From positions 85,093 through 149,092 of the forward strand of contig MHSR01000013.1 in NCBI GenBank assembly GCA_001822815.1: 64,000 nt of DNA. The letters run 5' to 3'. Every line of letters starts with the position of its first letter. The first letter of the stretch is position 1. Shown here piece after piece: positions 20,591 to 30,700 of this stretch. The notes under the pieces are model-generated. The model worked only from the letters and a program-made list of their open reading frames with translations. It was not told the DNA's origin and ran no database searches. Position numbers and translations under genes: made by a program. Source of the DNA: Candidatus Terrybacteria bacterium RIFCSPHIGHO2_01_FULL_43_35. GTDB taxonomy: Bacteria > Patescibacteriota > Minisyncoccia > Terrybacterales > GWB1-40-14.

Positions 20591-20866
20591 ACAAATAAAA
20601 TAATACTAATTATTGATTCTTGTTTGCAGAAACCATTATAGATCATCCGCAGAAAACCACGACAACCCCTCAAGAGCCTGTTTTTGTGCACACTCTGTGG
20701 ACAATATATGGAAAACCAAACCAGCGCTGTTATCTATAAATAAAGGTTATATCAAAAGCAAGAAAAAAGCCAGTTTTATAACAAGAAGTAAAATTAGTCC
20801 GGTTTGACCAACTCAAAACACGTGGTAGTATAAAAAAGTTTTATTGTTAACAAAGGAACTTAAAAT
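20591..20866. other. dnaA-rpmH intergenic region with degenerate DnaA boxes (oriC part or divergent promoters)
   Basis: TGTGGACAA 20696-20704, TCATCCGCA 20643-20651, TTATCTATA 20730-20738. Confidence 0.55.
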
Positions 20867-21001
20867 ATGCTGACACGCTTTCCCAAAAAATCCAAAAAAA
20901 GAAAAAAACACGGTTTTCGTAAAAGAATGCGAACTCCCGGCGGCCGCAAAACCATATCCCGAAGAAGAGGCAAAAAAAGAGCTAAACTCACAGTTAAATA
21001 A
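20867..21001 (+). CDS. rpmH: 50S ribosomal protein L34 (absent from the ORF track)
   Basis: MLTRFPKKSKKRKKHGFRKRMRTPGGRKTISRRRGKKRAKLTVK*; canonical position. Confidence 0.93.
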   Translation: MLTRFPKKSKKRKKHGFRKRMRTPGGRKTISRRRGKKRAKLTVK

Positions 21002-21024
21002 AAGCACGGCTTAGCAAATTTAGT

Positions 21025-21372
21025 ATGTTAGCTAAAAGATACCGCATTCCCAAAATAGATCTGAAGAAAGTCTTTGTAAGCAAAAATAAAGTTTTCTATA
21101 AAAACATAAACATTAATTTTGCAGCAAATAAACTTTCGCATCCCCGCTTTGCCGTATATGTTAATATGAACAAATCTATCAAAGGAGCTGTCGGGCGTAA
21201 TAGAGCAAGGCGAATTTTGTTTGACGAAATAGCCAAAAACCAGAAAATATTTGTTAGCGGGTTTGATGTTTTGGTTAAAGCGCGTATGGGAACTGCCAGA
21301 GAGCAAAAAGAAACCAGAACTAATCTAGATCACGCTCTAAAACTAATTACAAACAAAAACCCAAATGTTTAA
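21025..21372 (+). CDS. rnpA: RNase P protein component
   Basis: PRFAV, AV.RNR.RR, FDV motifs; follows rpmH. Confidence 0.9.
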   Translation: MLAKRYRIPKIDLKKVFVSKNKVFYKNININFAANKLSHPRFAVYVNMNKSIKGAVGRNRARRILFDEIAKNQKIFVSGFDVLVKARMGTAREQKETRTNLDHALKLITNKNPNV

Positions 21373-21616
21373 TTTTTTTGAGACCTTTTTTAAAACCACA
21401 ATTATTTCCGTGATAGTTTGGTATAGAGAATTCTTGGGCAATAGTAAAATTATCGGTGTTATCGCGCCATTCCCGTGCAGATTTTATCCAACATGCTCTC
21501 AATACGCGCAGGAAGCCATAACAAAAAAAGGTTTATTAAAAGGAGGTTTCATGTCCTTTAAACGTATTCTGCGTTGTCACCCTCTTGCTCGCGGGGGCTA
21601 TGATCCGGTAATTTAG
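21365..21616 (+). CDS. yidD: Membrane protein insertion efficiency factor YidD
   Basis: [23 protein letters not shown]. Confidence 0.95.
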   Translation: MFNFFETFFKTTIISVIVWYREFLGNSKIIGVIAPFPCRFYPTCSQYAQEAITKKGLLKGGFMSFKRILRCHPLARGGYDPVI

Positions 21617-21625
21617 ATTTTCAAA

Positions 21626-22366
21626 ATGGATCCAATATATTTATTCCACGAAATATTATATAAGCCCATATTTAATGCGTTAATAGGCTTATATGTTTTA
21701 TCTCCGATTAGGGATTTTGGCTTGGCCATAGTTATTTTAACCATATTGACCAGGTTGTTTTTCTATCCCATGTCCAAAAAGGCGGCTTATTCGCAAAAGT
21801 TAATGGCGCAGATACAGCCGCAGCTCAAAGAGATACAAGAAAGACATAAAGATAATAAGGAACGCCAAAGTAAGGCCATGATGGAGTTTTATCAGACAAA
21901 AAAATTCAATCCCTTTTCCGGTTGTGTGCCCATACTAATACAATTGCCGGTTTTATTCGCGCTTTTTGCGGTTTTTAAAAACGGTCTTGACCCCCAATCA
22001 TTTAAAGATCTTTATTCATTTATACCTAATCCAGGAAGCATAAATGATACAGCGTTTGGAATCTTAAAGCTAACAAGCCCCACGCCTTTCATTCTTGCTA
22101 TTGCGGCCGGATTCGCGCAGTATGTGCAGTCGGCTATGATGCTGGTTAAAACGCAAAATAAAACCGCAAAAAGCGGCGATAGCAAAATGGACATGAATCA
22201 GATTATTTCGATACAAGCCAAGTACATATTTCCCATCTTTACTGTATTTATCGCACTAAAATTTCCAGCTGGTCTGGGATTATACCTATTGGCCACAACT
22301 CTAGTCTCAATAGTACAGCAATATTTTATCAACAAAACGCTTGCCAAAGAACAAATCCCATCCTAA
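21626..22366 (+). CDS. yidC: Short YidC/Oxa1 insertase
   Basis: FGLAIV.LT, QP.LKEIQ, NPFSGC.P.LIQLP, PAGL.LY. Confidence 0.95.
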   Translation: MDPIYLFHEILYKPIFNALIGLYVLSPIRDFGLAIVILTILTRLFFYPMSKKAAYSQKLMAQIQPQLKEIQERHKDNKERQSKAMMEFYQTKKFNPFSGCVPILIQLPVLFALFAVFKNGLDPQSFKDLYSFIPNPGSINDTAFGILKLTSPTPFILAIAAGFAQYVQSAMMLVKTQNKTAKSGDSKMDMNQIISIQAKYIFPIFTVFIALKFPAGLGLYLLATTLVSIVQQYFINKTLAKEQIPS

Positions 22367-22403
22367 TATTTATAAGACCGGAGAAAAAGACTAAGCTAAA
22401 TAT

Positions 22404-22856
22404 ATGGATTTAACTTTGGATATAAAAAACAAAATAGAAAAACTTCTTAACGCCGGAGGTATTCCAGCGGAAGTTTCTGTTTCTCCCACCAACGAAACTG
22501 CGTTCTCGGTGTTTCTATCTATTAATGATGAAGCTGGTCAGTTTATCGGCCGCGGAGGAGAAAATTTAGACGCTATTGAGCATTTGATAAGACTGGTTGT
22601 GAACAAAAATGCGACAGAGCCAGCCAGAATTTTTGTTGATATAAACGGCTACAAAGAAAGACGAGCCTCTATTTTGCGTGAAAAAGCAAGGACCATTGCA
22701 GACGAAGTAAGATTGCGCGGCACTACCGAAAGTTTAGAACCCATGAGTTCCTTTGAGCGACGCATTATTCACCTGGAACTGGCCGGAAGAGGAGATATTG
22801 TAACAGAATCCGTTGGCGAAGAGCCATATCGGAAAGTCATAATTAAGCCAGCTTAA
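22404..22856 (+). CDS. jag: Jag/KhpB KH-R3H RNA-binding protein
   Basis: IGRGGENLDA, DINGY, PMSSFERRIIH, SVGEEP.R. Confidence 0.92.
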   Translation: MDLTLDIKNKIEKLLNAGGIPAEVSVSPTNETAFSVFLSINDEAGQFIGRGGENLDAIEHLIRLVVNKNATEPARIFVDINGYKERRASILREKARTIADEVRLRGTTESLEPMSSFERRIIHLELAGRGDIVTESVGEEPYRKVIIKPA

Positions 22857-22863
22857 AAAATAA

Positions 22864-22897
22864 GCCCAGCCCCAATTTTTAAAAAATGGGGCTGGGC
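22864..22897. repeat. CCCAGC...GCTGGG hairpin (family C), possibly a terminator
   Basis: gcccagcccca / tggggctgggc arms; same ends at 55293, 57061, 57263; variant near 58352. Confidence 0.7.
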
Positions 22898-22905
22898 AAG
22901 CGCAC

Positions 22906-24348
22906 ATGGTAAAAATTAATACCATAGCCAGTAATGTTTTTGTAGCAGGCGGCGGCCGAGTAATCGGCGGCCTTTTTGCTTTCGGTTCAATAGTTTTAAT
23001 AACAAGAGTTTTAGGACCGCAAAAATTTGGAGAATATTCCACTGTCCTGGCCTTCCTGTATATTTTCAACGCTTTAGCCGATTTCGGTCTGTACGCTTAT
23101 TTAATAAGGGAAATAGCCAGAAGAAACGATAGTGAAAAAGAGATTATCGGTCACGTTTTGTCGCTACGCATGGCTATTCTTGTTTTGTCGTTGGCAGCCG
23201 GTATTATAATCGGCCACCAAATACCCTATGACCATGCGATAAAAAACGGTTTTTTTGTCGGTGCCATTTCTTATTTTTTCTTATCCTCATCCCAGGTTTT
23301 GATGGGTGTTTTCCAGAAATATCTGGTTATTTGGCAGGTAGCCTGCGCAGAAATTACATCTCGCTTTATCCAGTTAGCGCTTTTTGTGTACCTATTTCTG
23401 AATAAAGATAGTAGTGTCATGCTATTTCTTTACGCCCTGGCTCTCGCATCTTTTACCAATTTTGTTTTAACCTGGTGGTTTGCGACAAGACACGTTAAAT
23501 TCATCTTGTCCATAGATATTCATAGATGGGGGGAAATAATAAAAGAAAGCCTCCCGATAGCCTTAGCTCTTATATTCACACTAATTTATTTCCGCCTAGA
23601 CACAGTTTTACTGTCTTTGTTTAAGCCGGCAGAAGATGTGGGTATATATAATATCGCCTATAAACTGCTGGAAAATATAATATTTTATCCCTCAATGTTG
23701 GTGGGTCTTATCATGCCCATTTTATCAAAAGAGGCCTTTGTAAATCCCGAGCGCTTCAAAACCGTCTTCCAGCGCACGGTAAAAATTTTGTTTATAGGAG
23801 CTCTTCCTATGCTGGTTGGCGGATGGCTGCTGGCGCCAGAAATAGTAGGACTTCTTGGCGGAAAACTTTTTATTGATGCGGCGGCTCCGTTTAAAATTCT
23901 TCTAGCCGCTACGTTTTTTATTTTCTTCGGCACCCTCCTAGGAGCTGCCGTGATAGCTTTGGGTAAACAAAAAGAAGCCATCCCGGTATATTTCGGTGCG
24001 ATGCTTTTCAATGTAACCGCCAACCTTTTGTTTATACCAAAATTTAGCTATATGGCCACTTCCATTACCACGCTTCTAACCGAGTTTTTTGTGGTTGCTG
24101 GGCTCGTTTTTTTGGTAAGAAAGACCGTTGTTTGGCCGCAAAAACTATTTGTGATCAAAGTGTTTGTGGCCGCTGTAATCATGGGCGGTTTAATATTTGT
24201 TTTGCGGGATGCAACAAAAAGTACGCCGAGTATTTATACGCTGGCCATTTTTATTCCGTTATCCTTTTTGATTTATGGCTTGAGCCTGTTGGTCCTCCGT
24301 GCACTCAACCGCGAAGAAATAAAATTTTTCTTCGGTAAAGCCGAATAG
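22906..24348 (+). CDS. Wzx-type polysaccharide flippase (MOP superfamily)
   Basis: R.LG...FG.Y, DFGL, D.VLL..F.....VG.Y..AY; multiple TM. Confidence 0.9.
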   Translation: MVKINTIASNVFVAGGGRVIGGLFAFGSIVLITRVLGPQKFGEYSTVLAFLYIFNALADFGLYAYLIREIARRNDSEKEIIGHVLSLRMAILVLSLAAGIIIGHQIPYDHAIKNGFFVGAISYFFLSSSQVLMGVFQKYLVIWQVACAEITSRFIQLALFVYLFLNKDSSVMLFLYALALASFTNFVLTWWFATRHVKFILSIDIHRWGEIIKESLPIALALIFTLIYFRLDTVLLSLFKPAEDVGIYNIAYKLLENIIFYPSMLVGLIMPILSKEAFVNPERFKTVFQRTVKILFIGALPMLVGGWLLAPEIVGLLGGKLFIDAAAPFKILLAATFFIFFGTLLGAAVIALGKQKEAIPVYFGAMLFNVTANLLFIPKFSYMATSITTLLTEFFVVAGLVFLVRKTVVWPQKLFVIKVFVAAVIMGGLIFVLRDATKSTPSIYTLAIFIPLSFLIYGLSLLVLRALNREEIKFFFGKAE

Positions 24349-24352
24349 AAAT

Positions 24353-25648
24353 ATGATTATCGCAATTTTTTTACTATTTGCCATGCTCCCCTTTTTGCCA
24401 GCTTTAGCCGTAGACGTAATATATATACCTGTCATAAGAATATTGGCGCCACTCTTGGCCGCCATCTGGCTTATCAAGGGGCTTATAGACAAAAAAGTAA
24501 TCTTACCGTTTTCTCTTCCGGCAATATACCTGGTTTCATTTTTGGTATTTTCGGGCTTCTCAATTCTGTGGTCAGAAAACCCGCTTTTGGGCATTCGTAA
24601 ACTGGTTCTATGGATATCCATTTTCCCCTTAAGCGCGGTATTTTTTAGCGCCATAAGCCAAGGCGATAATAAGGAAAAACTAATAAAAGGGTTATCTTTT
24701 TCAGCAGCAGTTTTGAGCATTTTTGCCGTTATCCAATTTACGTTTCAGTTCGTAATAAACCCCGAAGTTATAAACGTTTTTTTGGCCGAAAAAATAACGC
24801 CTCTTTTCGTGGGCATGCCAACCGCAGAAGTAATAAGAAGCAATTCAAGTTGGTTCGTTGATATAGGCGGGAAAACCATTTTGAGAGCCGTAGCGAATTT
24901 CCCAGATCCGCATACTCTTGCCTTATTTTTGGGTTTAGCCTGGCCGTTTGTTGTTAGTCAAGCCATTTTTTCTAATGAAAGGAAAGAAAAAGCTACCTAT
25001 GCTATTTTTTCTGCTGCGATAACAGCGGCGATTATATTTACTTTTTCGCGCGGTGCCTACCTGGCATTGCTCATTTCGGCAGTAAGTCTAACGATTTTTG
25101 CCAGAGCGGCTATAGCCGCCTCTAGCAAAAAAACCAAAATCCTTACCTTTATAGTAGCGGTTCTCGCGCTCATGGTAGTTGGCCCGCTTGCTGGTCCGCG
25201 TTTGGCGAGTTCTTTTGATACCAGCGAAGGCTCAAACTACGCCAGGCTTTTAATTTGGCAGGGCGCGTTTGATGTTTTTGAGCAACATCTCTTATTTGGC
25301 GTAGGTTTGGGCAATTATGCTCTGACGCAAGACGAATTTGTTTCCAGTCGCTCCCCTATTAACGCGCACAATACCTATTTGGAAATAGCAAGCGAACTCG
25401 GGCTATTCGGTTTGTTGTTGTGGACCAGTATTTTCATATCCAGCTTTTTTATACTATTGAAGAAGCAAGACCCGCAAAATAATAAATATATTTACCCGGC
25501 TATAGCCGCCATGATTTTTTACCTGGCACACGGATTATTTGAAACGAATATTTATTCTCCGCAAGGACTTGTTCTATTGACGTTTATTTTATCCTTGGTG
25601 ATGTGGCTGCATGTGAAGCAGAAAGAAACAAGATTTTTTAACACGTAA
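24353..25648 (+). CDS. O-antigen ligase (Wzy_C) family protein
   Basis: TFSRGAY, R..IW, GVG.GN, AHN.YL. Confidence 0.88.
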   Translation: MIIAIFLLFAMLPFLPALAVDVIYIPVIRILAPLLAAIWLIKGLIDKKVILPFSLPAIYLVSFLVFSGFSILWSENPLLGIRKLVLWISIFPLSAVFFSAISQGDNKEKLIKGLSFSAAVLSIFAVIQFTFQFVINPEVINVFLAEKITPLFVGMPTAEVIRSNSSWFVDIGGKTILRAVANFPDPHTLALFLGLAWPFVVSQAIFSNERKEKATYAIFSAAITAAIIFTFSRGAYLALLISAVSLTIFARAAIAASSKKTKILTFIVAVLALMVVGPLAGPRLASSFDTSEGSNYARLLIWQGAFDVFEQHLLFGVGLGNYALTQDEFVSSRSPINAHNTYLEIASELGLFGLLLWTSIFISSFFILLKKQDPQNNKYIYPAIAAMIFYLAHGLFETNIYSPQGLVLLTFILSLVMWLHVKQKETRFFNT

Positions 25649-25649
25649 A

Positions 25650-26987
25650 ATGGATATCATCATAACTCAACCAATTTACACAACACTTATTTTTGTAGCT
25701 ATTGCTGCGGTGGGTTTTATCGCCGCCATTAAACCGGAGCGCGGTTTTACAGCGGTTATTTTTTTGACCCCGTTTTACATTCTGCGCGTAAGGAATTTAT
25801 CAATACCCACCAACGGCCTTGAGCTTTTAATTATTGCCGCAGTTATAGGCTGGGCATTTTATTGTTTACGCAACAAAAAGATGTTTTTTACTGCGGATAT
25901 AAAAATATTGGCATTAAGCGGTTTTATAATAGCTGGCGCGGTACTCTCGGCATTGGCAAGCGAGCCTGCCTTGCGTTTGCCGAGCTTAGCTATTTTCCGC
26001 GCATTTATTTTCGAGCCCATTATTTTTGCCTTGGCTCTGCAGGCGGCCATAAAACAAAAAATATTCTCAAGCTCATCAATCATTAGGGCCTATGTTTTTT
26101 CAGCCAGTTTTGTCGCTTTGCTTAGTTTGGCTGGCGCCTTGCTTAATCATTTCAACAACTCTTTATTCGAAGGATTTTTAACTTATGATGGCCGGCTCAA
26201 GGGGTTTTACCTATCCCCAAACCATCTGGCCATGTATTTGGCACCAGCAGTGCCATTGGTTATAGCACAAGCGGTAAGCCGTCTCATGTCTGCAAGGGAT
26301 CCCTCCACACGCATAAGCCGTTCCGGCAAGGGGTTCTTGACCTTAATGACACTCGCCGGCCTACCGCTCGCAGATATTTTTTTAGCAAGTATTATTTTAA
26401 GTGCTTTATTTTTAACCAAATCTTTCGGCGCTATCGCAGCCACCGCTATTGGTTTATGGTTCTTTGCCACCATCTATTTTAAAAATAGGCGTAAGTTATG
26501 GCTTGAAGTAAGCGCGGTGCTGGTTTTGCCGCTTTTGTTTTTAGTAGCAAAAGAAGCGCAGGTTCTTTTCGTGGATCCAGAGCGCTCATCTTTGGCCTCG
26601 CGTTTGATGATATGGCGTTCGGCTTTAACAATATTGCGCGATCACCATATTTTTGGAATAGGGCCAGGCAATTTCCAAGAATATTATCTGGCGTATCAAA
26701 AATATTTTTCGCCATATCTTGAATGGGCCGTCCCGCAACCGCACAATTTGCTTTTAGCTTTATGGTTGCAAACCGGCATTTTGGGCGTGATCGGCTTCGT
26801 GTGGCTTATATTTAATCGTTTTAAAAAATTAGTCAACCGGTTGAAGTCTGACCTCAACCAATCCGATAAAATAATAACCGCCGCAGTTGTTTCCGCGGTG
26901 GTTATAATACTTATGCACGGTTTGGTTGATACAACTATTTGGAAAAATGATTTGGCGACAATGTTTTTCGTACTGCTAAATTTATAA
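25650..26987 (+). CDS. O-antigen ligase (Wzy_C) family protein
   Basis: SPNHLA, TKS.GA, SR..IW, GIGPGNF, PHN. Confidence 0.88.
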   Translation: MDIIITQPIYTTLIFVAIAAVGFIAAIKPERGFTAVIFLTPFYILRVRNLSIPTNGLELLIIAAVIGWAFYCLRNKKMFFTADIKILALSGFIIAGAVLSALASEPALRLPSLAIFRAFIFEPIIFALALQAAIKQKIFSSSSIIRAYVFSASFVALLSLAGALLNHFNNSLFEGFLTYDGRLKGFYLSPNHLAMYLAPAVPLVIAQAVSRLMSARDPSTRISRSGKGFLTLMTLAGLPLADIFLASIILSALFLTKSFGAIAATAIGLWFFATIYFKNRRKLWLEVSAVLVLPLLFLVAKEAQVLFVDPERSSLASRLMIWRSALTILRDHHIFGIGPGNFQEYYLAYQKYFSPYLEWAVPQPHNLLLALWLQTGILGVIGFVWLIFNRFKKLVNRLKSDLNQSDKIITAAVVSAVVIILMHGLVDTTIWKNDLATMFFVLLNL

Positions 26988-26991
26988 GAAT

Positions 26992-27831
26992 TTAAGGCTG
27001 ACGGCAGAATGGCAAAACTAAGCCTTGAGCGCCGCCTTCCCATACGCAGCCAACGGCCTCACAAGCCGCCTTGCCTTGATTAGTGCAGGCGGTGCAACTG
27101 GATATAGAACAAGTGGGTGTAATTGCTCCGCCACCGCCGGAAGAAGTTCCTTGAGGAGCGCAACAATACACATCATGGAAGGCCTCTACGTATCCAGTTG
27201 TAGAATTGGTGGTATAGCTTCGTTCTATAGCGCATTCGGTGCGGATGCCACCGCATGTATTGGCGTTACATACGGAATTCGCCTCATCCACACTTACATT
27301 ATCCATAAGCTTACCGCATTCTGAACGCTGACTGGGACATTTGGCGCCATAAGCATTATCTGCTGTAGGCAGGGTTATTGTTGCAAAATTCACCAAGCTA
27401 CCATTTATGGCAGCTAAAATGATGTAGGAACTCAAAAGCAGGACCAGTCCAAGAATGGCGTTGGTTATCCTTTCCTTGGCTTCGTTTTGAGAAGTTGAAT
27501 TGCCCGCACCTGCGGCATATTGGATGCCTGCGACAACCATCATTACCAAAGCAAGGAAACCGGCAGAGCCTACGCCCAGCTTGAATACATAGACGATTAG
27601 ATCCGGAAGGCTGCCGGTGTTTGTGCCAATTGTTGGATTAAAAGAACCAATAATAGGCAAGCCAAGTCCTTTTTCAAACGGGATACCTTGGTTCGGGTCG
27701 TTTATGGTGCATATCGTGGCGGCATTGCTTGTTTGAGCAAAGTAAAAAACCGAAAAGAAAACAATTAAACCTAACATTAAAAGCGCGAATTGCGATCTAA
27801 TCCTCACATTTTTCAAGATAAATTTAACCAT
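26992..27831 (-). CDS. T4SS pilin (TrbC/VirB2-like) with Cys-rich extension
   Basis: LA.VM.V.AG.QY...AGN......AK.RITNAILGL.LLL.SY.IL..IN. Confidence 0.8.
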   Translation of the reverse strand: MVKFILKNVRIRSQFALLMLGLIVFFSVFYFAQTSNAATICTINDPNQGIPFEKGLGLPIIGSFNPTIGTNTGSLPDLIVYVFKLGVGSAGFLALVMMVVAGIQYAAGAGNSTSQNEAKERITNAILGLVLLLSSYIILAAINGSLVNFATITLPTADNAYGAKCPSQRSECGKLMDNVSVDEANSVCNANTCGGIRTECAIERSYTTNSTTGYVEAFHDVYCCAPQGTSSGGGGAITPTCSISSCTACTNQGKAACEAVGCVWEGGAQGLVLPFCRQP

Positions 27832-27854
27832 ATAAGTTTTATTGCAAGTTTGTA

Positions 27855-28409
27855 TTAAAAACCAAGCGCGTGGCCGATATTGGTCAAAGCATCGCCTATA
27901 AAACCGGCTACGCCGCCGACAGTCCCTACAACAAGCAGAATGATAATGATAAATGGAACAAACAGCATCATTATACCGAATACTAACCCTCCAATTATCA
28001 AAAACGGCACCAAGAAGCCTAAAGCCAGAGGATTACTTAAGAGGCGCTTAACCACGTGTCTTAAAACGAAGCCTTGCGGAGTGAATTGTTTTACGCCGGA
28101 AGTTGCGGCGTCTATTACTGCGCCAATACCCTGTTGACGCAGACTCTGTATGCGCGAGTGCCGCAGACCAGAACTTCTTTGATCTTCGTTGTCTTGAGGT
28201 GCCGTAGCCTTGGACGCAACGCGTTTGGCCACCTGCCTTAAGGCAAATCCTTGCGGAGTGAATTTTTTCACGCCCCCCGTTGCCGTATCTATAGCCTTAT
28301 TAATACCTTGCTGGCGCACGGCTTGAAGGCGCGCGCGGCGCAATTGTGCCTGGCGTTGCATTTCCACGTCTTGAGTTCCATCCATATTTAAAGCTGCTTC
28401 TTCGGCCAT
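27855..28409 (-). CDS. Membrane protein with an internal ~40-aa duplication
   Basis: RQQGI...ID.AT.GVK.FTPQGF.LR.V.KR twice; C-terminal TM. Confidence 0.7.
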   Translation of the reverse strand: MAEEAALNMDGTQDVEMQRQAQLRRARLQAVRQQGINKAIDTATGGVKKFTPQGFALRQVAKRVASKATAPQDNEDQRSSGLRHSRIQSLRQQGIGAVIDAATSGVKQFTPQGFVLRHVVKRLLSNPLALGFLVPFLIIGGLVFGIMMLFVPFIIIILLVVGTVGGVAGFIGDALTNIGHALGF

Positions 28410-28494
28410 ATGTACTAATTATAATATTTAAAACCTTTATAAGATATAGGACTTACACGTTTGCTTTTTTGAACGGATTAAGATAGCGATGTTT

Positions 28495-30306
28495 TTAACT
28501 GTTTGGGCTACGGCTTTGTTTTAACGCCACCAACTGCTCCGGATCCGATGTTATTATCTTATCTTCGGTATATGAAGCCACTACTTTTATGGCCACATGT
28601 TTCAAGCCGGCGAAAAACAGCCCCTCCCCCACCGCGGCTTCCAATAGAAGATATTTTTCTTCATCCGTCAGGTTAAAGGCTTGTTTTACCGCCTCAATTG
28701 TCGCGGGAGATTGTTTGAACAATATTTGCAGAGAGGAATTGGTAATTAAAGGCTGGCCGTATTTTGAATTCAGGAAATCGTTGACGTCCTGCGTTATTGT
28801 GGACAGGCCCAAGTAATATTTGCGCGCTCGCTTGGCTATGGAATAAAGGAAAGATCCGCCGTCTTCATGTTGCATTACCCACCAGGCCTCATCCACAACC
28901 AGCATGCGTTTCTTTAGAGATCCGCGCACCACGTTCCATATATGGTGCAAAATCATGTACATGGCTATAGGCCTTAAAGAATCCTCAAGATCGCGGATGT
29001 TGAAGACCACAAGATTATTGTTCAAATCGAGATTTGAAGGTTGATCAACGAACCCGGCGCTCGTGCCTTCAGTGAATTTTTTTAGCCGCGCGGCTAATTC
29101 GTCTCCGCCAACCAAACTTTCCAATACGGTAATGAAATCCTTTAAAACCGGTGGGTTAATGTTTTTAAAATCGCTCTCCGGAGTTATGTTGCGTGAGGCG
29201 TATGTTTCTTCCACTGCCGTGTCCATCAAGGCTTCTTGAGTTTCGTTTATGGTCCCAAGCATTATTCTTAGCAAGCCCGTAAGCTCAAGAAGATGCGAGC
29301 GGAAAATATCGGCTTGGGATTCGCCCTCAACAACCCGCGGCAAATCAAAGGGATTAATTTTATTCTGGCTGGTCAAAGAAATTTTAAAATAACTTCCGCC
29401 CACGGCCTCGGCTAAGCGTTCATACTCGTTTTCGGGATCAATAATAATTACGTCAACGCCCACCATAAGCGAGCGCAATATTTCTAGTTTCATGGCATAG
29501 GATTTTCCTCCGCCAGATTGGCCAAATATCACTGTATTGGCATTGGGCAGACTGAAACGATCAAAAATAACCAGAGAATTGTTATGCCGGTTAACGCCAT
29601 ACATTATCCCCTTATCCGTCGTTAAATCAAAAGAAACAAAAGGGAAAATTGTCGCCAGCGATTCAGAATCCAGGTTGTTTGTAATATTCAACCAATCCTC
29701 GTTGTAAGGGAATGCCGATTTTAAGGCCTCGCTCTGTTGAAATACGGCTGGCTTGGCATAAACCAATTTTCCTTCCAGGAGAGACCTTAAGACCGTTTCC
29801 TGTTTATCAAGCTCTTCGGGTGTTTTGCTCCACACTGTTATATAAAGCGAGAACTGAAAAAGATGACTTGAGGCTTGTTGTAATTTGTCCCTTAATTCTT
29901 CAACGTCTTCATAAGCCGTTTCCAGTATTGGATCACGCACGAGACCTTTTTCCTCTTCTATGGCTATCTGTGATTCTACCTCAGCAACTTTTTTGCGCAG
30001 TTTTTTAAGTATCATTCCGGTATCAATAGGATGTATGTGCATAGAAATATCCATGACCGCATCCATGTTTATTATCGGCGCAAACCAGTTAGTGGATAGA
30101 TACCGGGGATAGGTGAATATAAAAAACGTCCGGCAGTAGCGCTCCCCTACCTTAATAAAATTCTGACCAAATTCCAGAGCCGCTGGCGCCACCAGATCTT
30201 TTAGGGTGGTAATGCCGCGGGCAAAAACCTGACCGGCCTCGGCGAGAATGCGCTCGGTTTCTTGAGAAGACGGCGTTTTTTGTTTTTTAGAAGATAAAAT
30301 AGACAT
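28495..30306 (-). CDS. virB4: VirB4/TraE-like T4SS ATPase
   Basis: GQSGGGKS, IDPENEY, VVDEAW, RARKY, TITQ. Confidence 0.9.
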   Translation of the reverse strand: MSILSSKKQKTPSSQETERILAEAGQVFARGITTLKDLVAPAALEFGQNFIKVGERYCRTFFIFTYPRYLSTNWFAPIINMDAVMDISMHIHPIDTGMILKKLRKKVAEVESQIAIEEEKGLVRDPILETAYEDVEELRDKLQQASSHLFQFSLYITVWSKTPEELDKQETVLRSLLEGKLVYAKPAVFQQSEALKSAFPYNEDWLNITNNLDSESLATIFPFVSFDLTTDKGIMYGVNRHNNSLVIFDRFSLPNANTVIFGQSGGGKSYAMKLEILRSLMVGVDVIIIDPENEYERLAEAVGGSYFKISLTSQNKINPFDLPRVVEGESQADIFRSHLLELTGLLRIMLGTINETQEALMDTAVEETYASRNITPESDFKNINPPVLKDFITVLESLVGGDELAARLKKFTEGTSAGFVDQPSNLDLNNNLVVFNIRDLEDSLRPIAMYMILHHIWNVVRGSLKKRMLVVDEAWWVMQHEDGGSFLYSIAKRARKYYLGLSTITQDVNDFLNSKYGQPLITNSSLQILFKQSPATIEAVKQAFNLTDEEKYLLLEAAVGEGLFFAGLKHVAIKVVASYTEDKIITSDPEQLVALKQSRSPNS

Positions 30307-30308
30307 TT

Positions 30309-30692
30309 AGCTAAAATTTCTAATTACTAATTTCTAATTGACCTAAGCAACTCTCAAGATACAAGATACAATAACCAGACAAATCACAATAATCAAAAGT
30401 TCAAATTCCAAAGCTCATCCTTCGACTCTACTCAGGATGACCCTGAACGGAAACGAATGGGTCAAATGACAATTCATGGATTCGACTTCGCTCACCATGA
30501 CCCTGAGTAGAGTCGAACGGGTCAATGCTTAAAATTCAAAGGCTTAAAACCGTTTTTGTGCCTTAGTCATTTAGGCTTGAATTGAAATTTAGATTTTGGC
30601 ATTTGGGTATTGTCTGTATCTTGGGTCTTGGTTATTCGCAACATTTTTGTCATTAGACATAGGGATTTGATTAGAAATTAAGAATTAGAAAT
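30309..30692. mobile_element. Three-layer nested repeat insertion at the virB4 start
   Basis: TAGACATTT at 30300-30308 and 30693-30701; layers match 37535-37580 and 45902-46027; REP-like tandem core 30415-30523. Confidence 0.65.
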
Positions 30693-30700
30693 TAGACATT

